In this document: positions 19,277 through 27,476 of the stretch, in pieces
How positions within the stretch are numbered: the stretch's first letter is position 1
Layout of the letters: the number at the start of each line of letters is the position of its first letter
NCBI GenBank assembly: GCA_964528645.1
Contig: CAZGSR010000004.1
Span: forward strand, 3,523-67,522
Length of the DNA: 64,000 nucleotides
Direction: 5' to 3'
Origin: an uncultured Mageeibacillus sp.
GTDB lineage: Bacteria; Bacillota; Clostridia; Saccharofermentanales; UBA5734
Program-made: the position numbers and the translations under genes
Notes under the pieces: model-generated
The model's input: the letters and a program-made list of their open reading frames with translations, nothing else
What the model was told of the DNA's origin: nothing
The model's database searches: none

Positions 19277-19908
19277 TCGATCGGGGTTCTTTGCTTATTA
19301 TCGTGAAATGTTTATTAAGCAACAAGGGGGTCGCGCGAAGGGTGCGCCCAAAATCGGCAATTGCCGAAATCTGCACCAGGGGTGGCGCGAAGGGTGGCCC
19401 CGCGGGCGGAATATTCACGATCTGGGGCCAGGGGTGGCCGTAGGTCTGGCACTTTGGATGGAATTTTCCACAATTGGGGTCGGTGCACCAAAACGGCAAC
19501 AACTCCGGGAGGTCCGAATACGCCTGCGGCAGAAGCCTTCTCCAGATCAAGCCAAGATCTTCCACTTATATGCTCCGACATAGGAAAGGAACGTTCCGCC
19601 GCTATGTCGGAGCCCTTTTTTGGAACATTTTCGACGAGGCGTCAACCGCCTGCAGCTGTAGGCTTCACAAGTGCATTGCAGATCTTCCACAAAAAGTGGA
19701 CCGACCCCCAATCCGGAACATTCCGCAATAAGGGCCACCCCTCGCGCCACCTCCGACCCCAAATCCGGAACATTCCGTCCACTGTGCCAGGCTTGGCCGT
19801 ACCTCTGGCCCCAAAACCGGAATGTTCCGCCCACAGTGCCACCCGTCGCGCCACGTCTGGAACCAAGCATGAAATGTTCCGTATGCGTAGTCAGAATTGG
19901 CGCGAGTA
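19277..19908. repeat. Dyad-symmetric intergenic array: about 4+4 tandem 52-bp units in opposite orientation around a central hairpin, each unit with a 12-bp CGGAAnnTTCCG-type palindrome
   Basis: Right-arm units are 19701-19752, 19753-19804, 19805-19856 and 19857-19908. Right cores start at 19714, 19766, 19818 and 19870, exactly 52 bp apart. Left cores start at 19304, 19355, 19407 and 19459. All are mirrored within 1 bp about 19592.5. Confidence 0.85.
19572..19621 (+). terminator. Central hairpin of the array with a plus-strand T6 tract (terminator-like): GCTCCGACATAG-18 nt loop-CTATGTCGGAGC-CC-TTTTTT
   Basis: The 12-bp stem is perfect and the loop displays GGAACGTTCC (19588-19597). A U-tract exists only on the plus strand, yet both neighbouring genes are on the minus strand. 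Confidence 0.45.
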
Positions 19909-20736
19909 TCAGCGGTCAGTTGGATAATGGATCGAGCGGACAAGGTTCAGCACCGGCAAATCAACCAAGATGCTGTCGTCTACTCGCACATCCGCTTGCA
20001 TGGACACATCGGACCCATCGGTTCCATCAGCCGCATCAGCCAACTCTGGTTCTTCCATCGTCGCGGCAAACACAATTGGCAGACCGGCCAGGCGGGCGCC
20101 TGCGGTCACGATCGGATAGCTCTCCTCGATCAGGTGCCAGTTTGCGACCTCCAGCAAGTTGGCATTGTCGACTATCCCATGAAGGCGCAGGCCGGTCGCG
20201 GACTCGATATCTGCGGCGGCGCGGGCAATGCCTTCCGGGGTCCCTGTCATGGGTCGGTAGGGATTGACCACCAGATTGATGGCAAAATCTTCGCCGGCCA
20301 ACCGGTTGCGCAGAGAACCGACGACACGGGCACCGAGGTCTTCACCGCCGATGTCGAGGACGGCCAGGACGTCGGGATTGTCAAATACGGAAAAGACCTG
20401 GGGTGGCAAGGACGGGACATCAACATTGGTATTGGCGTACATCGAGGCAACGAGCTCGATCTGGTTGTCAGCCAGCAAAGCACGCGCGTCAGCTGAGCGG
20501 TAGTAGGGATTGATCATATCAAGATCACACAGGATGACGCGTTGGCCTTCCTGCCTGACGTTTCTGGCCAGCCAGAGGGCGAAATTGACACTGATTTCGG
20601 ATTTGCCGCTGCCGTAAGCGCCGACGAAAACGGTAATCCGGGCTGGGGTACCGGTCATTCCATGACCGGATGCCATTCCATGACCGGATGTCATTTCGCG
20701 ACCAGGTTGCCGATTTCGAGTGATAAATTGAGGCAT
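19909..20736 (-). CDS. P-loop NTPase (SIMIBI/GPN-loop-like ATP/GTP-binding protein), function unknown
   Basis: Walker A is VFVGAYGSGKSE, followed by VILCDLDMINPYY and AVLDIGGEDLG. The C-tail is acidic. The N-terminus has a tandem SGHGM(A/T) duplication (18-nt DNA repeat, 20655-20690). GAAAGG RBS lies before Met 20736. Confidence 0.6.
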   Translation of the reverse strand: MPQFITRNRQPGREMTSGHGMASGHGMTGTPARITVFVGAYGSGKSEISVNFALWLARNVRQEGQRVILCDLDMINPYYRSADARALLADNQIELVASMYANTNVDVPSLPPQVFSVFDNPDVLAVLDIGGEDLGARVVGSLRNRLAGEDFAINLVVNPYRPMTGTPEGIARAAADIESATGLRLHGIVDNANLLEVANWHLIEESYPIVTAGARLAGLPIVFAATMEEPELADAADGTDGSDVSMQADVRVDDSILVDLPVLNLVRSIHYPTDR

Positions 20737-20909
20737 GATAAACCTTTCTATATCGATGGAATGTTCATTTGTCGTTATTGCACAAATCCCACTCCGCGTG
20801 ATGAAATAAATTCTGGCGTGGTTTCATTGTGCGGATCCCCCAGTGCTCTGGCAAGCGCGAATGATACGCAACTGGGCAGGAAATAACGCATATTATTAAA
20901 GGCAGTGAA

Positions 20910-20938
20910 TTGCGGCCAGTTGTCTGCTTCGCTAGAAT
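20910..20938 (+). promoter_or_regulatory. Candidate apgM promoter (TTGCGG-17-TAGAAT) overlapping an inverted repeat ATGATTC-N6-GAATCAT
   Basis: The sequence reads aaTTGCGGccagttgtctgcttcgcTAGAATgattccggatagaatcat. The inverted-repeat arms are at 20937-20943 and 20950-20956. Confidence 0.35.
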
Positions 20939-21004
20939 GATTCCGGATAGAATCATGCCACAAGATTATTCGATGCCGACACAGGGCACATTGAGAGGTT
21001 TTAT

Positions 21005-22240
21005 ATGAAATACATCATTTTCCTGGGTGACGGCATGGCCGATCTGCCCGTTGAAACACTGGGGCACCGTACCCCCTTACAAGTCGCCAAAAAGCCGAAC
21101 ATGGACCGGATGGCCGGCCTGGGAACGGCTGGTCTGGTCAAAACGGTGCCGGACACGCTTTCACCCGGCAGCGACACCGCAAACATGTCGGTCATGGGAT
21201 ACGACCCCGAGCTCTACTATACCGGGCGTTCGCCTCTGGAGGCGATCAGCATGTCGATCGAGATGGAGCCCGGTGATGTCGCATTCCGGACCAATCTGGT
21301 CACGCTTTCTGACGAAGAAAATTACCGGCAGCGGACCATGATCGACTATTCATCGGATGAAATCGGCAGTGACGAAGCGGCCCGCCTGATCGAGGTTGTC
21401 AACGAACGGTTCGCCACCGAAGAATTCCAGTTCTACCCGGGCAAAAGCTACCGCCACTGCCTGATCTGGAAAAACGGACCGACCAGCATGAAGCTCGTAC
21501 CGCCGCATGACATCCTGACCCAGAAGGTTACGTCCTACCTGCCATCGGGTGATGGCGCGGACAAGCTCCTGGCCATGATGGAACAGAGCGCCCATTTCCT
21601 GCCCACTCATCCGGTCAACAAAGCTCGTGTCAAACGCGACCTGCGTCCGGCCAACTCGATCTGGATCTGGGGCCAGGGCACCCGCCCTGAACTGCCCGTT
21701 CTTTCAGAACAGTATGGCATCAAGGGATCGGTCATTTCCGCGGTAGACCTGATCAACGGCCTGGGCATCTGCGCCGGTTTGCGCGTGGTCGAAGTCCCGG
21801 GGGTGACTGGAAACATCCACACCAACTTCCGCGGCAAGGCCGAGCATGCGATCATGGAATTCGAACGCGGCCAGGATTATGTCTACCTGCACGTCGAAGC
21901 TCCGGATGAGTGCGGCCATCGGGCAGAAACCGAAAACAAAGTCAAATCGATCGAACTGATCGACCGCGACATCATTGGCCCAGTCTGGGAATATCTTGAA
22001 AAGCATTACCAGGACACGGGGGAAGATTACCGGATCATGGTTCTGCCGGACCACCCGACCCCGCTGGCCCTGCGCACCCATACCAATGCACCGGTCCCCT
22101 TCGCCGCCTACAGCAGTGATGGAGCCTTCAAGCGCAGCGCACCTGCCTATGATGAGGTCACCTGTCAGGATTCCGAAGTGTTCATCCTCGAGGGACACAC
22201 CCTGTTTGGCCGTTTCATCGCCGGGACCATCGACGGGTAA
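21005..22240 (+). CDS. apgM: Cofactor-independent phosphoglycerate mutase, archaeal-type (ApgM family metalloenzyme)
   Basis: MKYIIFLGDGMADLPVETLGHRTPLQVAKKPNMDRMA...HVEAPDECGH...VLPDHPTP. Confidence 0.85.
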   Translation: MKYIIFLGDGMADLPVETLGHRTPLQVAKKPNMDRMAGLGTAGLVKTVPDTLSPGSDTANMSVMGYDPELYYTGRSPLEAISMSIEMEPGDVAFRTNLVTLSDEENYRQRTMIDYSSDEIGSDEAARLIEVVNERFATEEFQFYPGKSYRHCLIWKNGPTSMKLVPPHDILTQKVTSYLPSGDGADKLLAMMEQSAHFLPTHPVNKARVKRDLRPANSIWIWGQGTRPELPVLSEQYGIKGSVISAVDLINGLGICAGLRVVEVPGVTGNIHTNFRGKAEHAIMEFERGQDYVYLHVEAPDECGHRAETENKVKSIELIDRDIIGPVWEYLEKHYQDTGEDYRIMVLPDHPTPLALRTHTNAPVPFAAYSSDGAFKRSAPAYDEVTCQDSEVFILEGHTLFGRFIAGTIDG

Positions 22241-22277
22241 TCAGGGCGACGAATAGTTGATATCTAATCAAATCTGA

Positions 22278-22307
22278 AAGGACCGGCAGGCCGACTGTCC
22301 GGTCCTT
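22278..22307. terminator. Shared hairpin between the convergent apgM and mutS2 genes (AAGGACCGG / CCGGTCCTT)
   Basis: A 9-bp stem with a 12-nt loop, followed by ATTT on the plus strand. The right arm touches the mutS2 stop codon. Confidence 0.45.
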
Positions 22308-24786
22308 ATTTCAATTCTGCGATCGTGACGCCACTATCACCCTCGCCAAAGGTACCCAGCCGGAAGGTCTTCACACGCGGATCGCGCTTGAGGTACTGGC
22401 CAACCGCGGCGCGCAGGGCGCCAGTGCCCTTGCCATGGACGATGCGGACAGTGGCAATGCCGGACAGGACTGCGTCGTCGAGGTATTTGTCGAGTGTCTG
22501 CAGTGCCTCCTCAACCGTCTGGCCGAGCAGCTGGATTTCCGTGGACATGGTCAGGGTGCGGTTCAGGGTCAGCTTGCCCTGCGATGTGCCGGAGCGGCCT
22601 TGATCGCCACGGTCTTTGCCCGGTTTGCCGCCCGTTCTGCCCGCACGAACGGCGCCCCCCCGGCCTGATCTGGTTCCTGTTCCTGAGTGGCCTGTTCCAT
22701 TCCAGTCACCCAGGTCATCTGACGCCGCTCCTGGCATGCGCAGTCCTTCGGCTGGAACGCTGACCTTCATCGCGCCACTTTGCAGAATGCACTGGCCGCG
22801 GTTGTCAGGTCCTTCAACCAGCTTGCCGGTCATTTCCAAAGCAGGCGCATAATAGGTCTGGCCGACCTCGAGCCGGTCTGGCCGCTTCCCTGCCCCGGCT
22901 GACAGAGTTGCCCGGCCGATTTCACCTTCGATCCGGCTGCGGCCGCTGCGCGCTTTCTGGCGACCGGCGCTGACCGCATGATGGCGGGCAAAAACGTCCT
23001 GCTCATTCATGGCTTTTCTGGTCTGCTCGAGGAGTTCCTCGATTTCGAGCTGGGCCATTTCATAGAGCTCACGGGCTTCCTCGCGAGCCTTCTGGACGAT
23101 CGCCTTCGATTTTTCCTGCCAGGTGAGCCGTTCGCGTTCGAGCCGTTGCTGCTCCTCGCGGGCCTGCTCACGCAGCCGGGTCACTTCATCGCGCATACGG
23201 TCGGCTTCGACCCGGCTCTTTTCGATCGCACTGACCAATTCTTCAAAGCGAATGCCTTCGTCAGACAGGAGTGACTTGGCCTGGCCGATGATTTCATCCG
23301 ACAGACCGAGGCGACTGGAAATGGCAAAGGCGTTACTGACACCGGGCACACCGATCAGCAAGCGATACGTCGGGCGCAAGGTTTCGCTGTCGAATTCGCA
23401 GCAGGCATTTTCCACGCCTGGTGTATTCAGGGCGTAGCCTTTGAGTTCCTTGTAATGGGTGGTCGCTACCGTTCGGCAGCCATGGTTGCGCAGATAGTCG
23501 AGGATCGAAATCGCCAGGGCGGCACCTTCCGATGGATCGGTCCCGGAGCCGAGTTCGTCAACCAGCACCAGGGTTCTGGGCTGGGCTTTCTCGGTGATCT
23601 GGATGATGTTGCGCATGTGTGATGAGAACGTCGAGAGGTCCTGCTCGATGCTCTGCTCGTCGCCGATATCGGCCAGGACTTGCTCAAAAACAGAGACTTG
23701 GGAACCATCGCGGGCCGGGATTTGCAGGCCTGCCATCGCCATCAGACAAAACAGGCCGCAGGTTTTGAGTGCGACGGTTTTGCCGCCCGTATTGGGGCCA
23801 GTAATAATCAGAGAGTTGAATGCGATTCCGAGCTCGAAATGGATCGGCACGACCCGGTCTTTCGGGATCAGGGGGTGGCGTGCGGCCTGGAGGAAAATGC
23901 GGCCTTCGTCATTGACCAGGGGCATCATCGCCTGCTGTTTCAGAGCCAGCCGGCCTTTTGCCATCAGGAAATCAAGTTCGGCCAGGATATTGGCATTGGC
24001 AACGAGCAGGTCGGCCGAATCAGCCACCAGGCCGGACAGCTCGATCAGGATGCGTTCAATCTCCTCGCGTTCAAGGCCCATCAGCTCGCGGATCTTGTTG
24101 TTGAGTTCAACGACTGGCAAGGGTTCGACAAAAAGCGTCGATCCACTGGCAGAGGTATCATGGACCAGGCCGGGGATGCTACCGCGGTGCTCAGCTTTGA
24201 CCGGCACAACATAGCGGTCACCGCGCAGAGTGACGAGCTGTTCCTGCAAGGCCTTGGCCTGGCTGCGCACAATGCGCTGCAGACTCTCCTTGACATCGAC
24301 CTGAGCCTGGCGAATCCGGCGTCTGAGGCTCGCCAGCTGGCTGCTGGCCGCATCATGCAGCTCTTCTTCCCCGGCAATGCACTCGTCGAGGCGAGTTTTC
24401 AGGGCGCGCTGGGGGCGCAGCTGGGCAATCAGGCCAAAGACGATGCGCTGGCCAGGGCCGTCTTCCGGCAAAGCCAGGCGGACCTTGTCGACGGCGTGGA
24501 GAAACGACGCCAGGCGCAGGAATTCATGGATCGCCAGGACCGAGCCGCTGCGAGCCCGGTGGACAGAGGGACGGATCTCACTGATGCCGCCCAGCGGGAG
24601 GACGCCTTTTTCCAGGATCAGTTTGACTGCATCTTCAGTCTCGGACTGGCGCAGCAGTACCGTCTCCAGATCCGGCGAAGGCTGGAGCGCGGCACATAAA
24701 TCAGCCCCGGGTGCCGAATGCGCCAGGGCTGTCAGGTCTTGGATAATCTTGTCGTATTCGAGAATGGTCAGGGAACGTGTGTCCAT
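22306..24786 (-). CDS. mutS2: Endonuclease MutS2 (MutS domain V plus a C-terminal Smr domain)
   Basis: ITGPNTGGKTVALKT, DELGSGTDP, and the C-terminal Smr segment IQLLGQTVEEAL...VRIVHGKGTGALR. A Gly/Arg-rich insert lies before the Smr domain. Confidence 0.9.
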   Translation of the reverse strand: MDTRSLTILEYDKIIQDLTALAHSAPGADLCAALQPSPDLETVLLRQSETEDAVKLILEKGVLPLGGISEIRPSVHRARSGSVLAIHEFLRLASFLHAVDKVRLALPEDGPGQRIVFGLIAQLRPQRALKTRLDECIAGEEELHDAASSQLASLRRRIRQAQVDVKESLQRIVRSQAKALQEQLVTLRGDRYVVPVKAEHRGSIPGLVHDTSASGSTLFVEPLPVVELNNKIRELMGLEREEIERILIELSGLVADSADLLVANANILAELDFLMAKGRLALKQQAMMPLVNDEGRIFLQAARHPLIPKDRVVPIHFELGIAFNSLIITGPNTGGKTVALKTCGLFCLMAMAGLQIPARDGSQVSVFEQVLADIGDEQSIEQDLSTFSSHMRNIIQITEKAQPRTLVLVDELGSGTDPSEGAALAISILDYLRNHGCRTVATTHYKELKGYALNTPGVENACCEFDSETLRPTYRLLIGVPGVSNAFAISSRLGLSDEIIGQAKSLLSDEGIRFEELVSAIEKSRVEADRMRDEVTRLREQAREEQQRLERERLTWQEKSKAIVQKAREEARELYEMAQLEIEELLEQTRKAMNEQDVFARHHAVSAGRQKARSGRSRIEGEIGRATLSAGAGKRPDRLEVGQTYYAPALEMTGKLVEGPDNRGQCILQSGAMKVSVPAEGLRMPGAASDDLGDWNGTGHSGTGTRSGRGGAVRAGRTGGKPGKDRGDQGRSGTSQGKLTLNRTLTMSTEIQLLGQTVEEALQTLDKYLDDAVLSGIATVRIVHGKGTGALRAAVGQYLKRDPRVKTFRLGTFGEGDSGVTIAELK

Positions 24787-25370
24787 TAGCTACCTTTGTG
24801 GTGTCGTAAATGTGGAATCATGAACTGGATGCCATAGAGCAGGTAGACTACCAGTGCCCAGGCAACCGGAACGGCGAAAATGAAGTTGGCCAGATGCTGC
24901 TGGTCTGCAGGCAATAAAAACAGGGAGGCAAAGGCGGCGACAAAAAGCACCGTCCCCAGCTTGCCGTACCAGCGCGCCTGGACGATGACCTTGCGTTTTT
25001 TCAAGAGAAAATAGCCGCCGATCACCATCATGAATTCCTTGGCAAAAATGAAGGCCGGAACCCAGGCCGGCAAACGGCCGGTCAAGGTCATGGTCAGAGC
25101 CGTTGTCAGCTGGAAAACCTTGTCGACAAACGGGTCAAAGACGCGTCCGAAGTCGGATGTCTGATTGTAATGCCGTGCGATGTAGCCATCCAGGATGTCT
25201 GTGGTCCAGATGCCGACAAAAAAAACAAACGCCAGCGTGTTGTGTGACGCGCCGGCACTGATCGCCCAGGCCATGAAGGGGATGGCCAGAAGGCGAAGCA
25301 TCGTCAGGTAATTCGGAATCGTGGGCTCAAATCGCAATTTCATAGAGGCATTATAGCAATCTTGTCGCAT
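24786..25370 (-). CDS. pgsA: CDP-alcohol phosphatidyltransferase (phosphatidylglycerophosphate synthase-like)
   Basis: DILDGYIARHYNQTSDFGRVFDPFVDKV matches the D-G-x2-A-R-x8-G-x3-D-x3-D motif. The true start may be Met 25343. Confidence 0.8.
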   Translation of the reverse strand: MRQDCYNASMKLRFEPTIPNYLTMLRLLAIPFMAWAISAGASHNTLAFVFFVGIWTTDILDGYIARHYNQTSDFGRVFDPFVDKVFQLTTALTMTLTGRLPAWVPAFIFAKEFMMVIGGYFLLKKRKVIVQARWYGKLGTVLFVAAFASLFLLPADQQHLANFIFAVPVAWALVVYLLYGIQFMIPHLRHHKGS

Positions 25371-25440
25371 GGACTCAACGGATGACGATGCACGTATTCA
25401 ATTGGTTTCAGATTGTTTGAAAAGCAAGCGGACCAGTCTC

Positions 25441-27243
25441 CTACCGAACCAGCCTCTTGTAATTCTGGAAATATTTAAGATAGCCACCGGCAAAATGTTG
25501 AATATCGTCGATCCGCATCCGTCCTCTGTCATTGCGAATGAAAACACCGTCCTGAGCTTGAGCAGGATTTGAAAAGTACATGACGTATTCTGGCCAACCG
25601 AAACTGCCGAGTGTGTATTTGATGCGATAATCAATAATCTCAAGGAAAGCCTTTTCGTTAAAATCATCCAGGTAATCGACGGAAATGCCCTCGGATACAA
25701 TCCTGTCGTAAAGTTCATATGTGACCAGCAAGAGTTCGAGTGACGTATGCCAGGCTGTAACACGATTCCGTATGGCTTCCAGATTATCCCCGGCATTGCG
25801 CAGCGCAAATTCAAAGTAGTCCTGCCTTGGAATGTATTGGGTGATCTCATTCATTGCATAAGCGATCCAATGATCGGCGTACTGTGTATAGTCTTGTGCA
25901 ATGAAACGATCAACAGCCAACGCTGCAGCATTCAGCCATTTCTCATCTCCAGTCAGCTTGTACAGCAGGGTCAGGGCAAAAGTTGCTTCCCCATCGTAAT
26001 AGATCGTACGGAATTCTTCTTTTCTGGTATAGCCAGGAAAATTCAGCACATGCCAGTATTGGCCTGTCTTTTCGTCCATCAGTTCAAGGATGCCGTTTCC
26101 GAGCTTGATGGCCAACTCCAAATCTTGAGGATTTTTATTAATTTCGCTGGCGGCAGCGAGGGCGATCACTGCCAAGGCATTGCCACCCAGTTTGATCTCA
26201 TTGTTTTTACGTTCAATCACAAAAGCTGTATCCGAATCTGCATATTCGACAAAGTCCTCCTTGAGATAGTTCAAGGATCGTTCGATGACAAGCGGCAAAT
26301 CAGGATCTCCAGTCAGTTTGTACAAGCTGACCAGATTCCAGATCGTACCGGCATGTCGGAGAATGTTGTAATCCGTCAATTCCTTTCCAGTATTGAGCCG
26401 GTAGCCATAAATGAAAGAGCCGTCCTCACGGGACATGGAAACGAGCTTGTCTGATGCGGCGCTGAGCACTTCAAAGGCGATGGAATCCGTGATTGAGATC
26501 AGCTGGCGCTGCCCATAGTAGTCTTTTTCGCTATCGAGGGGGATAATCTCGCCATTTTCGTCGCATAACCAGCCTTTGACTCGAAAAAGAGTTACGGTTT
26601 CGGGAACTGCTTTCACCGCTTTGCGGTGATTCGATTCGAGATATGTGTTGATGGCACCCAGATCTAGTTTGTTATTTGCGTAATCAATCAGTTCATTGAA
26701 ATTCAGCTCGGTTTCCAGAAAAGCTGTGCTGGCATCGTCTTCAAAGGAAATGCCATCCAAAAAAAAGCCCTCACTGCATGCTTTGATCCTTGACTCAGCT
26801 ACATCTCTCGAGACGCTTACTGAATCCAAAACAACATCGACCTTCAGCCAGACCGGCAAAATGCCCTGTCTGTCTATGGTCTTGCGCACTGCAGCGCCGG
26901 CGATATCCCAAGCTTGTGCGAGGGTTTGCCCTTTTCCGTGAACGACATGGGCCTGAGTGTCCCCATCGCTGACTGAAAAAAACACTTGATAATAACCGTT
27001 TGCTGCTGGATCGAGTGACAGGATTTGCTCATCAGAAAAGACAGACTTTGACAGACTGACTATTTTTTCTTCAAATAGGGAGTTGCGCGTATCTCTCGAC
27101 TTGAACGTACGCAAATAAGGCATGGCCCATATAACAACAGCCACAACTAAAACGATGGCAAGAAACAGGAACAGCAGCCTCAAGCGCTTCTTTTTATTTA
27201 GGTGGGTATCCGGTGTACGTCGTATCTCATTATGTTTATTCAT
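25441..27243 (-). CDS. Membrane-anchored extracytoplasmic protein with an alpha/alpha-toroid-like C-terminal half; function unknown
   Basis: 600 aa with an N-terminal basic stretch and a TM helix (LRLLFLFLAIVLVVAVVIWAM). Repeated helical hairpin-like segments include ILRHAGTIWNL, GGNALAVIALAAA and YYDGEATFALTLLYKLTG. The gene is AT-richer than its flanks, judged by eye. Confidence 0.45.
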   Translation of the reverse strand: MNKHNEIRRTPDTHLNKKKRLRLLFLFLAIVLVVAVVIWAMPYLRTFKSRDTRNSLFEEKIVSLSKSVFSDEQILSLDPAANGYYQVFFSVSDGDTQAHVVHGKGQTLAQAWDIAGAAVRKTIDRQGILPVWLKVDVVLDSVSVSRDVAESRIKACSEGFFLDGISFEDDASTAFLETELNFNELIDYANNKLDLGAINTYLESNHRKAVKAVPETVTLFRVKGWLCDENGEIIPLDSEKDYYGQRQLISITDSIAFEVLSAASDKLVSMSREDGSFIYGYRLNTGKELTDYNILRHAGTIWNLVSLYKLTGDPDLPLVIERSLNYLKEDFVEYADSDTAFVIERKNNEIKLGGNALAVIALAAASEINKNPQDLELAIKLGNGILELMDEKTGQYWHVLNFPGYTRKEEFRTIYYDGEATFALTLLYKLTGDEKWLNAAALAVDRFIAQDYTQYADHWIAYAMNEITQYIPRQDYFEFALRNAGDNLEAIRNRVTAWHTSLELLLVTYELYDRIVSEGISVDYLDDFNEKAFLEIIDYRIKYTLGSFGWPEYVMYFSNPAQAQDGVFIRNDRGRMRIDDIQHFAGGYLKYFQNYKRLVR

Positions 27244-27458
27244 GATTCAAATCTCTCATTCGAATATCTCAATCGAACAGAATCTTATCCATTATTGTAC
27301 TACTTCCTGATCGCGATTACTTGATGCTGAGCAAATCCGGACTCGTGTTTAACGTGTTTAATCTGTGTTGTAACTTGGCCTTTTTTATTTTCTGATCAAA
27401 TACCTGGTCAATTATTTAACAGACCTTGTAATTATTGAGACTTTTTTTTGTAATATTA

Positions 27459-27467
27459 TGGTATAAT
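27459..27467 (+). promoter_or_regulatory. Extended -10 promoter (TGgTATAAT) for the riboswitch-led surface-protein gene
   Basis: The sequence reads attaTGgTATAATaaaag, about 10 nt before the predicted aptamer 5' end. Confidence 0.45.
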
Positions 27468-27476
27468 AAAAGCGAG

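Noticed and set aside
19304-19881. Identification of the CGGAAnnTTCCG core as a known operator: parS (TGTTNCACGTGNAACA), Noc NBS, Rex (TTGTGAA-N4-TTCACAA) or cre (TGWAANCGNTNWCA).
   Set aside because: Manual alignment to each consensus gives poor matches, because the half-site sequence or the spacing differs. I therefore make no assignment.
19277-19908. A CRISPR-array interpretation of the 52-bp periodic repeats.
   Set aside because: The whole 52-bp unit is conserved and degenerate, so there are no unique spacers between identical repeats. The two halves have opposite orientation, and no cas genes are in the window.
19216-20267. A stack of overlapping track ORFs in all six frames across the intergenic array, for example 19361..19927 + (188 aa), 19547..19870 -, 19665..19943 - and 19671..20267 +.
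   Set aside because: They lie on repetitive, stop-poor GC-rich DNA. Their translations are low-complexity (R/P/G/S-rich), they have no RBS, and they mutually overlap. The repeat structure explains the open frames.
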